A stretch of DNA of 61,467 nucleotides from Bacteroidaceae bacterium (lineage in GTDB: Bacteria; Bacteroidota; Bacteroidia; Bacteroidales; Bacteroidaceae): NCBI GenBank assembly GCA_963588695.1, contig CAVAIX010000001.1, positions 1 through 61,467 on the forward strand, read 5' to 3'. The notes below the pieces were generated by a model, which did not search any database, was not told where the DNA came from, and saw only the letters and a program-made list of their open reading frames with translations. Within the stretch, counting starts at the first letter, position 1, and each line of letters starts with the position of its first letter. The position numbers and the translations under genes were made by a program. Shown here one piece after another: positions 19,439 through 29,110 of the stretch.

Positions 19439-20868
19439 GGCTGGTTTGTATTATGAATGCGTTGATAGGCGAAGTGGTAATAGTCCTTTGCGGCTAAGTC
19501 CTCGGGGAAATAGCTGCCGAGCACGGCACGTAGTTCTGCTGGATTCCGTTCGGCGGCAAGGCGTAGATAATAGAGGAAGTCTTCCGTCTGGTGGAGCTGT
19601 AGACAGCAGAGTGCTAAGAGGGATATGCCCTGTGTGCATCGTTCGTCCATGACGGGCAACTTCTGTTTCAGTAGCGCAAGACATTTCTTGTAGCGCTGGC
19701 AATCGGTCAGTGAAACGGCAATGCGCACGAGGGTGTCCATGGGCGTTAGCGAGACCTCTAAGGCTTTGGTGAAGTAGCGGTCGGCCGCAGCATACTGCTT
19801 GTCAATCTGCAGGATGTGCGCTTTGGCCACGTAGATGTCGGCCTTGTCGACACCGCGTTTCTCTGCCGCTTTTAATAGCAGTTTGGCTGCATCGACGTTT
19901 CCCAGTGCACCGTGACACAAGGCCATTTGGTGGTAGATGGAACCGGCAGTGCGTAGGGCTTCCTCGCTGTTTTTTAGAGCATTGTGCAAACACATTAAGG
20001 TTCCCTCAAAGTCGTCGAGATTGATGAGGCAGGTGGCGAGATGGATGTAGAAGGTGCACTCGGACGGCTGTTGCTTGATGGCCATCTTGAGGAACTCGGC
20101 AGCCTGTTGCCAGTTCTCTAACTCCATCAGAGCCGTGCCCTTGATGGCCAGTGCCGCGGGGTCATCGGGGTCGATGGCAATGGCGTATTCGCTGCTCGTG
20201 ATGGCCGCTTCTGTCTTGTGTTGCGCGAGTTGTGCGTCGGCCAGCATCTTCCAGTACCTCTTCTCAAAGGGATATTGGTCTGTGAGTTGGTTGAAGATCT
20301 CTTCACTCTCCCCCAGTCGCCCGATCCCGTAGAGTGTCCGTCCTAATAGGTCGTAATAGTCACCGTCCTTGTCGCCATTGTATTTCATGAGCCAGGCGTG
20401 GCACTTTCCATACTCCCCGTAGTCGAGATACAGGTTGACAATGTCCTTGATGAACCATTCGTAGTCGTTAATTTGCAAGTCGTCGTAGTAGGCGGTGAAG
20501 AGTTTGTCGGCCTCTTCTGTCTTGTACTGATATAGGAGCAGTTCCGCCTTGATGTAGAGATAGTCGGGGTCGTTTTTCTCCACAATCATGTCGACGTAAT
20601 GTTGTGCTTCACTCAAACAGTCGTTCTGCAGGGCGTTCCGCGCCATGAACACGTTGGGCAGGGTTTCGTGCGGAAATAGTGCAATGGCACTCTCCGCCAC
20701 TGCAAGAGCCTCGTCCATGTGGTCAGTCATCCTGTAGTAGTCTGCAATGTCGATGAGGTCGTCAGCATCAAGAAAGGAAGGTATTCCTTTGGATACAGCC
20801 TCCTCGTAGGTCTTGAGCATTTGCCTAAACTCCGGGTCATTGAAGAACGCGTCGTCTGCTAAGAGCAT
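19435..20868 (-). CDS. Tetratricopeptide repeat protein
   Basis: Repeated helical TPR-like units (e.g. AIAIDPDD, AIKQQP, QYPFEK). Confidence 0.8.
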   Translation of the reverse strand: MLLADDAFFNDPEFRQMLKTYEEAVSKGIPSFLDADDLIDIADYYRMTDHMDEALAVAESAIALFPHETLPNVFMARNALQNDCLSEAQHYVDMIVEKNDPDYLYIKAELLLYQYKTEEADKLFTAYYDDLQINDYEWFIKDIVNLYLDYGEYGKCHAWLMKYNGDKDGDYYDLLGRTLYGIGRLGESEEIFNQLTDQYPFEKRYWKMLADAQLAQHKTEAAITSSEYAIAIDPDDPAALAIKGTALMELENWQQAAEFLKMAIKQQPSECTFYIHLATCLINLDDFEGTLMCLHNALKNSEEALRTAGSIYHQMALCHGALGNVDAAKLLLKAAEKRGVDKADIYVAKAHILQIDKQYAAADRYFTKALEVSLTPMDTLVRIAVSLTDCQRYKKCLALLKQKLPVMDERCTQGISLLALCCLQLHQTEDFLYYLRLAAERNPAELRAVLGSYFPEDLAAKDYYHFAYQRIHNTNQP

Positions 20869-20887
20869 TTTTCTTTTGTTCGAATGG

Positions 20888-22594
20888 TTATTTGTTTTTC
20901 TTAGCCCAGTTGTCCTTCAGTCCGACTGTCCGATTGAACACGAGGTGTTCGGCGGTCGAATCTTCGTCAAGCGTGAAATAACCGATGCGCTGGAACTGTA
21001 GGAAGTCACCGGGCTTCTTCTCTTCGAGGAATTGCTCTACATAGCAGTTGCGTAGTACGGTGAGCGATTCGGGGTTGAGCAATTCGCGGAAATCGCGTTC
21101 GTCGGCTCCAGGGTTCTCCACGGAGAACAAGCGATCGTAGAGTCTTACCTCGGCCTGAAGACAGTGATCAGCACTGACCCAGTGGAGTGTGCCTTTGACC
21201 TTACGATCGGCACCCACCATACCGCTGCGGCTCTCTGGGTCGTATTCGGCATAGATTTCCTCCACCTCTCCATTGGCGTTTTTCTTACAGCCAGTGCAGC
21301 TGACGATGTATGCATTCTTCAGTCGCACCTCTTTGCCTGGTGTCATGCGGAAGAATTTGTTGGGAGCATCTTCCATGAAGTCGTCGCGCTCAATCCACAA
21401 CTCGCGGCTGAACGTGATGGTGTGTGTGCCGTCGGCTTCGTTCTCGGGGTTGTTGATGGCCACGAGTTCTTCGGTCTGTCCTTCTGGATAGTTGGTGATG
21501 ATGAGTTTCACGGGGTTGAGCACCGCTGACACGCGGCAGGCCTTCCTGTTGAGGTCTTCGCGGACGGCAGCTTCGAGAAGCGCATAGTCGTTGAGCGCGT
21601 CAAACTTCGTGTATCCGATGGAGTCGATGAAGTTGCGTATGCTTTGTGCGGAATAGCCCCGGCGGCGCATACCGCAGACGGTGGGCATTCGTGGGTCGTC
21701 CCATCCGCTGACCAGAGCTTCGTCGACCAGTGCCTTGAGTTTACGCTTCGACATAACGGTGTAGGTGAGGTTGAGACGATTGAACTCAATCTGTCGCGGG
21801 CGGTAGTCGTACTGCTGCTCCTTTGCCTGAAGGAAGTCCACAAACTTGTCGTAGAGTGGACGGTGTGGCACAAACTCCAAGGTGCAGATGGAGTGGGTGA
21901 CGCCTTCGAAATAGTCGCTCTGTCCGTGTGCGAAATCGTACATGGGGTAGGCGTGCCATTTCGTCCCCGTGCGGTGATGAGGAATATGGATGATGCGGTA
22001 GATGATGGGGTCGCGGAAGTGCATGTTTGGATTGGCCATATCGAGTTTGGCGCGCAACACCATCGAGCCTTCAATGGCCTCGGGCGTGTTCATCAGCTGG
22101 AACAGGCGGAGGTTCTCCTCCACTGGGCGGTCGCGGAACGGGCTGGCCTGTCCCGGCTGGGTCGGCGTGCCTTTCTGCTCGGCAATATGTTCCGAGGTTT
22201 GCTCGTCCACGTAGGCCAAACCTTTCTCGATGAGCCAGACGGCAAAGTCCCAAAGCTTATCGAAATAGTCGGACGCGTAGTAGACATTGCCCCACTGGAA
22301 ACCGAGCCATTTGATGTCGTTCATGATGTTCTCGACGTACTCGGTGTTTTCCTTGGTAGGATTGGTGTCATCGAAACGGAGGTTGCACACCCCGTTGTAT
22401 TTCTCCGCCACACCGAAGTCCATGCAGATGGCTTTGGCGTGTCCGATATGGATGTATCCGTTGGGTTCTGGTGGAAAGCGGGTCTGTATGCGTTTCCCGT
22501 TCTTACCTTCTGCGAGGTCACTCTCCACGATTTGCTCGACAAAGCTGATGCTTTTCTTTTCTTCGTTCTCTGGTGTGGTCTTCTCTTCTGTCAT
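20888..22594 (-). CDS. glnS: Glutamine-tRNA ligase
   Basis: TRFPPEPNGYIHIGH, LRFDDTNP, THSICTLEF, MSKR, GWDDPRMPT; start MTEEK at 22594. Confidence 0.97.
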   Translation of the reverse strand: MTEEKTTPENEEKKSISFVEQIVESDLAEGKNGKRIQTRFPPEPNGYIHIGHAKAICMDFGVAEKYNGVCNLRFDDTNPTKENTEYVENIMNDIKWLGFQWGNVYYASDYFDKLWDFAVWLIEKGLAYVDEQTSEHIAEQKGTPTQPGQASPFRDRPVEENLRLFQLMNTPEAIEGSMVLRAKLDMANPNMHFRDPIIYRIIHIPHHRTGTKWHAYPMYDFAHGQSDYFEGVTHSICTLEFVPHRPLYDKFVDFLQAKEQQYDYRPRQIEFNRLNLTYTVMSKRKLKALVDEALVSGWDDPRMPTVCGMRRRGYSAQSIRNFIDSIGYTKFDALNDYALLEAAVREDLNRKACRVSAVLNPVKLIITNYPEGQTEELVAINNPENEADGTHTITFSRELWIERDDFMEDAPNKFFRMTPGKEVRLKNAYIVSCTGCKKNANGEVEEIYAEYDPESRSGMVGADRKVKGTLHWVSADHCLQAEVRLYDRLFSVENPGADERDFRELLNPESLTVLRNCYVEQFLEEKKPGDFLQFQRIGYFTLDEDSTAEHLVFNRTVGLKDNWAKKNK

Positions 22595-22624
22595 AATTAA
22601 TGTTGAGTTTTCTGTATTGTGAGG

Positions 22625-22684
22625 CCAAAGGTACAAATAAGCGAGCGAAATACAAAAGAAAAAAGGAGTTTTTGTTTTTATTTC
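22625..22684 (-). repeat. Palindromic promoter-bearing repeat, copy B (glnS promoter)
   Basis: Minus strand TTTG-TATTTCGCTCGCTTATTTG-TACCTTTG preceded by an imperfect A/T stem; near-identical to copy A. Confidence 0.75.
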
Positions 22685-22692
22685 CTAAAAAA

Positions 22693-22724
22693 TTTGCATG
22701 AATCAAAAAAAATACCTATCTTTG
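22693..22724 (+). promoter_or_regulatory. Consensus Bacteroidota housekeeping promoter with no downstream + strand CDS
   Basis: TTTG (22693-22696), 20-nt spacer, TATCTTTG (22717-22724). Confidence 0.75.
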
Positions 22725-22728
22725 CAAC

Positions 22729-22812
22729 GTTATCCTGAATACAATCTTTTTACCTTAAGAAAAGGCTAATACCAGTTAAAGATGCCCCGGCTGTGAAGTC
22801 GGGACATCTTCC
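22729..22812 (+). ncRNA. Candidate small RNA 1 (about 80-85 nt)
   Basis: Follows a consensus promoter and ends in the hairpin AAGATGCCCCGGC-TGTGAA-GTCGGGACATCTT (22779-22810); both flanking genes are on the minus strand; no ORF. Confidence 0.55.
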
Positions 22813-22844
22813 GTTATGGGGGTGAAGGTATAGAAGAGCCGTTT

Positions 22845-23720
22845 TCAGAACTCCACATACGGTGCTAACCGACGCAGGTCGTTTTCGCTGAATTCAGATA
22901 GGAGACTCAAGTCCTGGAGTGACTGTATCTTGCCGTGCATCCTTCGGTAGTCGAGGATGGCCTTGGCTTGGTAGAAGTTGAGGTAGGGGTGGCGGCGGAG
23001 TCCGCTAAGCGTCAGTTGGTTGATTTTTAGTTTCTGTGTGGCGGTATTGCTTACCGTGAAGTATTTCTTGGCCTGTCGAGGGAAGTCCGTGATTTCGTCT
23101 AACTGATCCACGTTGACGTAACCGCCCAGCCACTCCTTGTAACGAAGAATCTCTCGGGCAAAGTAATAGCCGATGCCTGGCACTTTGCGCAGCGTTGCTT
23201 CGTCAGCGTTGTTGAGCACGATGCGCTGGTCTTCCGTTATCTTCCGTGGCCACGCCACGGTGTCGCGCGGTGGTTGAACCGTGTCGCGTCTAGAGCCAAT
23301 TAACGTAGCGGCAGGCTGATAGTCTGGCGAGATGCGGATGTATGGCTCCAACCTCCGATAGTCCTTGACGGTCAGTCCATAGAGTTTTGCGAAATCTTCC
23401 TTCTTTCTGTAGATTCCCCCTCGCGCGCGATACTTATATATACTGCGCACCTGCCACGGGCGCAGTCCCAAACGAAGCAGTTGTGTGGAGTCGGCCGTGT
23501 TGGGGTCGAAGGCGAAAGTCTCTGGCTGCCGTTCGTCCGTCCGATAGTAGGGCTGTTGTCTTTCCTTCTGCAGAACTTTTTCCTGCGCTTGACCGTGTGC
23601 GTCTGGGCGCGGCTGGTGGTCTGCCGTCTGTGCATCATCGCTGAGTAGGAACAGCATCCCTAAGACGCAGATTCCTGCGATGAACAGTGTGATCAGTACG
23701 CGTCGGTCGTTGTAGGTCAT
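22845..23720 (-). CDS. ComEA-like helix-hairpin-helix DNA-binding membrane protein
   Basis: N-terminal TM segment; FDPNTADSTQLLRLGL, LNNADEATLRKVPGIG, INQLTLSGLRRHPY HhH repeats. Confidence 0.85.
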   Translation of the reverse strand: MTYNDRRVLITLFIAGICVLGMLFLLSDDAQTADHQPRPDAHGQAQEKVLQKERQQPYYRTDERQPETFAFDPNTADSTQLLRLGLRPWQVRSIYKYRARGGIYRKKEDFAKLYGLTVKDYRRLEPYIRISPDYQPAATLIGSRRDTVQPPRDTVAWPRKITEDQRIVLNNADEATLRKVPGIGYYFAREILRYKEWLGGYVNVDQLDEITDFPRQAKKYFTVSNTATQKLKINQLTLSGLRRHPYLNFYQAKAILDYRRMHGKIQSLQDLSLLSEFSENDLRRLAPYVEF

Positions 23721-23888
23721 GGACGAGTTTTTTTGTTTTGTCGATTAATAGGTACAAAAGTACGCCTTTTCCCCGAATATCGCTAAGAAAACGGTCTATT
23801 TTTTCGAAAAGTAACATTTTCGAGACCAGTTTTTACGGGAAACAAAAAGTTTGTTACATGGCGCAAAGTCGAAATGCAAAAAAGTGTG

Positions 23889-23896
23889 TACTTTTG
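23889..23896 (+). promoter_or_regulatory. -7 promoter element of the xylan PUL
   Basis: TACTTTTG upstream of susC; a divergent element (CAAAAGTA, 23755-23762) serves the comEA-like gene. Confidence 0.6.
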
Positions 23897-23959
23897 CAAC
23901 TGAATTTAACAGAGAATTCAGCAACCTAAAGCAAAATATCAAAACAAAAATGAAAGAAC

Positions 23960-26900
23960 ATGGTTAAACAAGTGTTGACAATGAAACGCTCGTTTGCTCT
24001 GGCAGCAATGCTACTGCTCTTCACCTTGGGCGCGTTTGCTCAATCTGGGGGGGCGATTGTTGTTAAGGGTACGATCGTGGACGGTTCCGGTGAGAGTCTC
24101 ATCGGAGCCACAGTGAGAATCAAGGGAGATGCCAGTTCGGGTACGGTTTCCGACTTCGATGGCCATTTCTCTATCAATGTGCCGTCAGAGTCTTCCGTCC
24201 TGGAGATTTCCTACGTCGGTATGAACAGCAGAATGGTGAAAGTCGGCAAGCAGCGCAATCTGCGCATCGAGCTTTCCGACGACAACGCCCTCCAAGAGGT
24301 TATCGTTGTGGGCTATGGCCAGCAGAAAAAAGCCTCTGTGGTCGGTGCTATCACGCAGACCACAGGTGAGGTGCTTCAGCGTGCTGCAGGTATCACAGAC
24401 ATCGGTGCTGCCTTGACGGGTAATCTGCCAGGCGTGGTGACCACGGCCTCTACGGGTATGCCAGGTGAGGAGGAACCGCAGATAGTCATCCGTGGTGCCT
24501 CGTCGTGGAACAACAGTTCACCGCTTATATTAGTAGACGGTATCGAACGCCCTATGTCGAGTGTTGATATGCAGTCTGTTGCAACCATCTCTGTGCTGAA
24601 GGATGCATCTGCAACAGCCGTCTACGGTGTGAAGGGTGCTAACGGTGTTATTCTAATCACTACTAAGCGCGGTCAGGAAGGCAAGGCGCAGATCAGTGTT
24701 TCGGCCAATGCCATCATGAAGATTCCTTCGAAACTTCCAGACAAGTACGACTCTTATGATGCACTGATGGCGCGTAACACCGCCATCGAGCACGAGCTGA
24801 ACCTCTCGCCGTCGAGTTTCGCATACGTGAAGCCCGTCAGTTTTATAGAGAACTACCGCAACCAAACCACGGTGGAGCAACGCGAACGCTATCCGAACGT
24901 GGATTGGCAGGATGCGTTGTTCAAGGACTACTGTATGTCGTACAATGCCAATCTGAATGTGGCAGGCGGTACCAAGTTCGTGAAATACTTTGCTGGTGTT
25001 GACTTCGTTTCGGAGGGCGACCTCTATAAGGATTTCGGAAACGGACGTCAGTACAAGACGGGTTACGACTACAACCGTGTGAATGTGCGCTCGAACCTCG
25101 ATTTCAATATCACCAAGACCACCGTGTTCAAGGTGAATATTGCGGGTTCCAATGCCAAACGCACCACACCGTGGAGTAACACGGTGAATAGTGACTGGCA
25201 GATCTCCCAGCAGTGGTCGGGTGTCTACAACATCTCCCCTGACGCTTTCCTGCCCAAGTACAGCGATGGTTCTTGGGGCTATCTGCCTGGTTCTACCAAT
25301 GTGACCAATGCCGCACAGACAGTGGCTCTCGGCGGAACGCAGGAGGTGACCACCACTCGCATCAATACCGACTTCGTGCTGGAGCAGAACCTCGACTTCA
25401 TCACCAAGGGACTGTCCGCACGTGGTATGATCTCATGGGATAATGTCTTTGTGGAGAGTGGGAGAGGTATCAACGACCTGTACCATGATCCACAGTTGAA
25501 ATGGATTGACCCCGAGACGGGTGCCGTCAACTACAAGCAGGCCTACGAGGCCTACGATCGCTTCGACTATGTTCGTGGTAACGAGTGGAGTACGCAGGGC
25601 GGCTCGGTGAATGACTGGTCTACCCAGCGCAACCTGAACTACCAGGTGCAGATGAACTGGGCGCGTTCGTTCGGCAAGCACGACGTGTCGGCCATGGGAC
25701 TCTTCGGCCGTCAGGAATATGCGGTTGGCTCCATGATTCCCACCTACCGTGAGGACTGGGTGTTCCGTACCACCTATGCTTATGCCAACAGGTATTTCTT
25801 CGAGTATAACGGAGCTTACAACGGCTCGGAGAAGTTCTCCAGCGGCAACCGCTTTGCCTTCTTCAACTCTGGAGCCATCGGCTGGATGATTAGTGAGGAA
25901 CCGTTTATGAAATGGCTGCGCGAAAAGCAAATTGTGGATATGCTGAAAATCCGTGCCTCGTATGGTGAAATCGGTGACGACAACGTCGGTGACCGCTTCC
26001 TCTATATGACCCAGTGGGCATACGGTGGCAACACCTCGATGGATGTGAATAATGGCACTTCGCCCTATACCTGGTATCGGGAGTCGAGTGTCGGCAACGA
26101 GAACGTGCACTGGGAAAAGGTGAGGAAGGTTAACTTCGGTCTTGACTACGGCCTGTTTGGCGGATTGTTGGCTGGTGCAGTCGAAATCTTCCACGACAAG
26201 CGTACCGACATTCTGGTGAATGGTTCGTCTCGTGCCGTACCGAGCTATTTCGGACAGCAGGCCGCTACCGCCAATCTGGGTGAGGTGTCCACTAATGGCT
26301 TTGAGGTGGAGATGCGCTTCAATAAGGTGTTCGCCAATAAGATGCGTCTGTGGGCTAACATGAGTATGACCCACGCCGTGAATGAAATCAAGGTGAAGGA
26401 CGACGCGCCCCTGTTGCCAGCCTACCGCAAGGCTGCAGGCTACGCCATCGATCAGACACACGCCTATATAGATAAAGGTATGATGCAGACCTACGATGAT
26501 CTCTACGGTTCACCGAAGCACGATTCCAACGATAACCAGAAGTTGCCAGGCGACTACTATATCGTAGACTTCAACGGTGACGGTGTGGTGGACAACGTGA
26601 ATGACTACGTGCCCTACGGCTATACAGGTACGCCGCAGAACACTTACAATGCCACTATCGGCTTTGAATATAAGGGCTTCTCTTGTTTCGCTCAGTTCTA
26701 TGGTGTGACCAACGTGACCCGCGACGTGACGATGATTAGTCTGTCCGACACCATGCTGGCCAACGTCTACAATCAGGGCACCTGGTGGAGCGATGACCAC
26801 CTGGGAGCTGATGTGCTGACTCCGCGTTTCAACTCGAAACCTACTTACTACTATGGCACGCAATACCTCTGCGACGGCAGCTATATCCGTCTGAAGAACG

Positions 26901-27103
26901 TGGAGGTAGCCTACACCTTTACCCAGCCGTGGGTGAAGAAGTTGGGCGTGAAAGACCTGAAGGTGTTCGTCAGCGGCAACAACCTCTGGCTCTGGACCCG
27001 TATGCCAGACGACCGCGAATCGAACTTCTCCAGTTCTGGTGGTGCAACAGGTGCTTATCCTACCATGAAGCGTGTTAACTTCGGAATCAAATTCAACCTC
27101 TAA
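23960..27103 (+). CDS. susC: SusC/RagA TonB-dependent transporter
   Basis: Signal peptide, N-terminal extension, VIVVGYGQQKK, LKDASATAVYGVKGANGVILITTKRG, C-terminal aromatic beta-strand. Confidence 0.96.
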   Translation: MVKQVLTMKRSFALAAMLLLFTLGAFAQSGGAIVVKGTIVDGSGESLIGATVRIKGDASSGTVSDFDGHFSINVPSESSVLEISYVGMNSRMVKVGKQRNLRIELSDDNALQEVIVVGYGQQKKASVVGAITQTTGEVLQRAAGITDIGAALTGNLPGVVTTASTGMPGEEEPQIVIRGASSWNNSSPLILVDGIERPMSSVDMQSVATISVLKDASATAVYGVKGANGVILITTKRGQEGKAQISVSANAIMKIPSKLPDKYDSYDALMARNTAIEHELNLSPSSFAYVKPVSFIENYRNQTTVEQRERYPNVDWQDALFKDYCMSYNANLNVAGGTKFVKYFAGVDFVSEGDLYKDFGNGRQYKTGYDYNRVNVRSNLDFNITKTTVFKVNIAGSNAKRTTPWSNTVNSDWQISQQWSGVYNISPDAFLPKYSDGSWGYLPGSTNVTNAAQTVALGGTQEVTTTRINTDFVLEQNLDFITKGLSARGMISWDNVFVESGRGINDLYHDPQLKWIDPETGAVNYKQAYEAYDRFDYVRGNEWSTQGGSVNDWSTQRNLNYQVQMNWARSFGKHDVSAMGLFGRQEYAVGSMIPTYREDWVFRTTYAYANRYFFEYNGAYNGSEKFSSGNRFAFFNSGAIGWMISEEPFMKWLREKQIVDMLKIRASYGEIGDDNVGDRFLYMTQWAYGGNTSMDVNNGTSPYTWYRESSVGNENVHWEKVRKVNFGLDYGLFGGLLAGAVEIFHDKRTDILVNGSSRAVPSYFGQQAATANLGEVSTNGFEVEMRFNKVFANKMRLWANMSMTHAVNEIKVKDDAPLLPAYRKAAGYAIDQTHAYIDKGMMQTYDDLYGSPKHDSNDNQKLPGDYYIVDFNGDGVVDNVNDYVPYGYTGTPQNTYNATIGFEYKGFSCFAQFYGVTNVTRDVTMISLSDTMLANVYNQGTWWSDDHLGADVLTPRFNSKPTYYYGTQYLCDGSYIRLKNVEVAYTFTQPWVKKLGVKDLKVFVSGNNLWLWTRMPDDRESNFSSSGGATGAYPTMKRVNFGIKFNL

Positions 27104-27122
27104 GACATAAGAACAGATTATT

Positions 27123-29072
27123 ATGAAACGAATCATATATTCAATATTCGCAGTCGCGCTGCTGGGCGGTCTCGCTTCCTGCACAGACTATCTGGACAAG
27201 GAGCCTGATTCGACCGTGGGTGCCGACGAGGCCTTCAAGAACTTCACCAACTTCCAGGGATTCATCGAGGAGGTCTACAACTGTATTCCTAATAAGGAGT
27301 CTAACTACTGGTGCTGCACCTTCAACTGGGGTGAGGATGAACTGATGAACACTGGACTCGGCGACAGCCACGTCACGGCTCATTTCGACCTTGGCGACTA
27401 TCGCCACTGGTACAGTGACAACCAAAGCTATCTGCACAGCAGTTCTTTGAGCAGCACTTCCACTGACAAATTCGCCCACTCGCTGGAGCATGCTTGGTAC
27501 TGCATTCGCAAGATGAACATTGGACTGGAGAACCTCGACAAACTGGTGGATGCTACCACCGAGGAAAAGAACATCATCAAGGGACAACTGCTCTTCTTCC
27601 GCGCTTGGTGGCATCAGGAGCTGATGGTTTGGTTCGGCGGACTGCCCTATGTGGACTACTCCCTGCCTGCTGACCAGGTGCTCACCCTGCCGCGTCTGTC
27701 CTTCCAGGAGTGTGCCGAGCGGTGTGCTGAGGACTTCCGCCAGGCAGCCGACTTGTTGCCCAACGACTGGGATAATACGACCATCGGCAAAAAGACCTAT
27801 GGAAAGAACGACCTGCGCATCACGAAGGTCTGCGCCTTGGGCTACATGGGAAAAGTGCTGCTCTGGGCTGCTTCGCCCCTAAACGAGTTGGGCGCACAGA
27901 CGGGTGCTTTGTCCAATGGAAACACCTATAAGTATAACGCCTCGCTGGCCACCCGTGCTGCTGATGCACTGGCCGAGGCCATCACCGCCATCGAGAGTGG
28001 TGCTACACCCTATGCTTTTGCAGAATACGAGTATGAGGACATCTACAACCACGTGGCCAGTAAGAGTGCCTCTACCAACTATTCAGATATCTTCCGCACC
28101 ACGGGACAGAGTTGGAAAATGCCTGGCATCTGTGAAGCCATTATGCGCGGTCCGTCTGGTGGCACTAATGCCTCAAACTGGAACTTCACCAAGCTTTGGG
28201 GACCGAAGGTGAACAACCTCGTGGAGCACGATGCCCTTATCCACATGCCGACGGCCAACTACATCAACTACGCCTACGGTATGGAGAACGGCCTGCCTTT
28301 GGACGATCCAGAATCGGGATTCGACCCCACGCATCCGTTTAAGAACCGCGACCCACGCTTCTACCACGACATCATGTTCGACGGTTTCAAGTTCATCAAC
28401 ACCACACCTTCTGGTGATGATAAACAGTTCCAGTACTTGGAGATGTTCACGGGTGGCAATATGCGTCCCTCTGGTGACCCAGCTCGTTCGGCCAACGGAA
28501 GTCGCACCGGCTACTTCTGCCAGAAGCTCGTGCCCCATCAGTGTAACAAATACGACGGTATGTACAACTGGGGCGGTGCTTTGCAGACCTATCTGCCCTA
28601 TATGCGTGTGGCAGATATCTACCTGATGTATGCGGAGGCTGGTGCTGCCGTTCAGGGCGCAGCCTATAAGTCCAGCAAGTGTCCATACACAGCGGCAGAT
28701 GCTGTCAACATCGTCCGCGACCGTGTGGGAACGGGACACGTGGCCGACAAATACCTTGCTGACCAGAAGAAATTCATGGATGAGGTGCGCCGCGAACGTG
28801 CCTGCGAGTTGGCCTTCGAGGGCTTCCGCTGGAACGACCTGCAGCGCTGGCTGCTGCTCACGGAATATCCTTACAACGTGAAGACCTCGCAAGAGTTCAA
28901 ACGTGTGGGCAACTACGACTTCACCAAGAACGATCCCCGCGACGCCGAAGTGACTGGCTGGTCGGAGGAGGTGCTCGTGGAGCGTTCGTTCTCGACCAAA
29001 CACTACCTGCTGCCGCTGAAGCAGAGCGACGTCTACCTCTATGACGAATATCCGCAGAACCCCGGTTGGTAG
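27123..29072 (+). CDS. susD: SusD/RagB glycan-binding lipoprotein
   Basis: LASC-TDYLDK lipobox, NRDPRFY, RVADIYLMYAEA, ERACELAFEGFRWNDL, QNPGW. Confidence 0.95.
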   Translation: MKRIIYSIFAVALLGGLASCTDYLDKEPDSTVGADEAFKNFTNFQGFIEEVYNCIPNKESNYWCCTFNWGEDELMNTGLGDSHVTAHFDLGDYRHWYSDNQSYLHSSSLSSTSTDKFAHSLEHAWYCIRKMNIGLENLDKLVDATTEEKNIIKGQLLFFRAWWHQELMVWFGGLPYVDYSLPADQVLTLPRLSFQECAERCAEDFRQAADLLPNDWDNTTIGKKTYGKNDLRITKVCALGYMGKVLLWAASPLNELGAQTGALSNGNTYKYNASLATRAADALAEAITAIESGATPYAFAEYEYEDIYNHVASKSASTNYSDIFRTTGQSWKMPGICEAIMRGPSGGTNASNWNFTKLWGPKVNNLVEHDALIHMPTANYINYAYGMENGLPLDDPESGFDPTHPFKNRDPRFYHDIMFDGFKFINTTPSGDDKQFQYLEMFTGGNMRPSGDPARSANGSRTGYFCQKLVPHQCNKYDGMYNWGGALQTYLPYMRVADIYLMYAEAGAAVQGAAYKSSKCPYTAADAVNIVRDRVGTGHVADKYLADQKKFMDEVRRERACELAFEGFRWNDLQRWLLLTEYPYNVKTSQEFKRVGNYDFTKNDPRDAEVTGWSEEVLVERSFSTKHYLLPLKQSDVYLYDEYPQNPGW

Positions 29073-29110
29073 ACCTGAGAGTATGTTTTATCAAAATAAC
29101 ATAAGAACAC

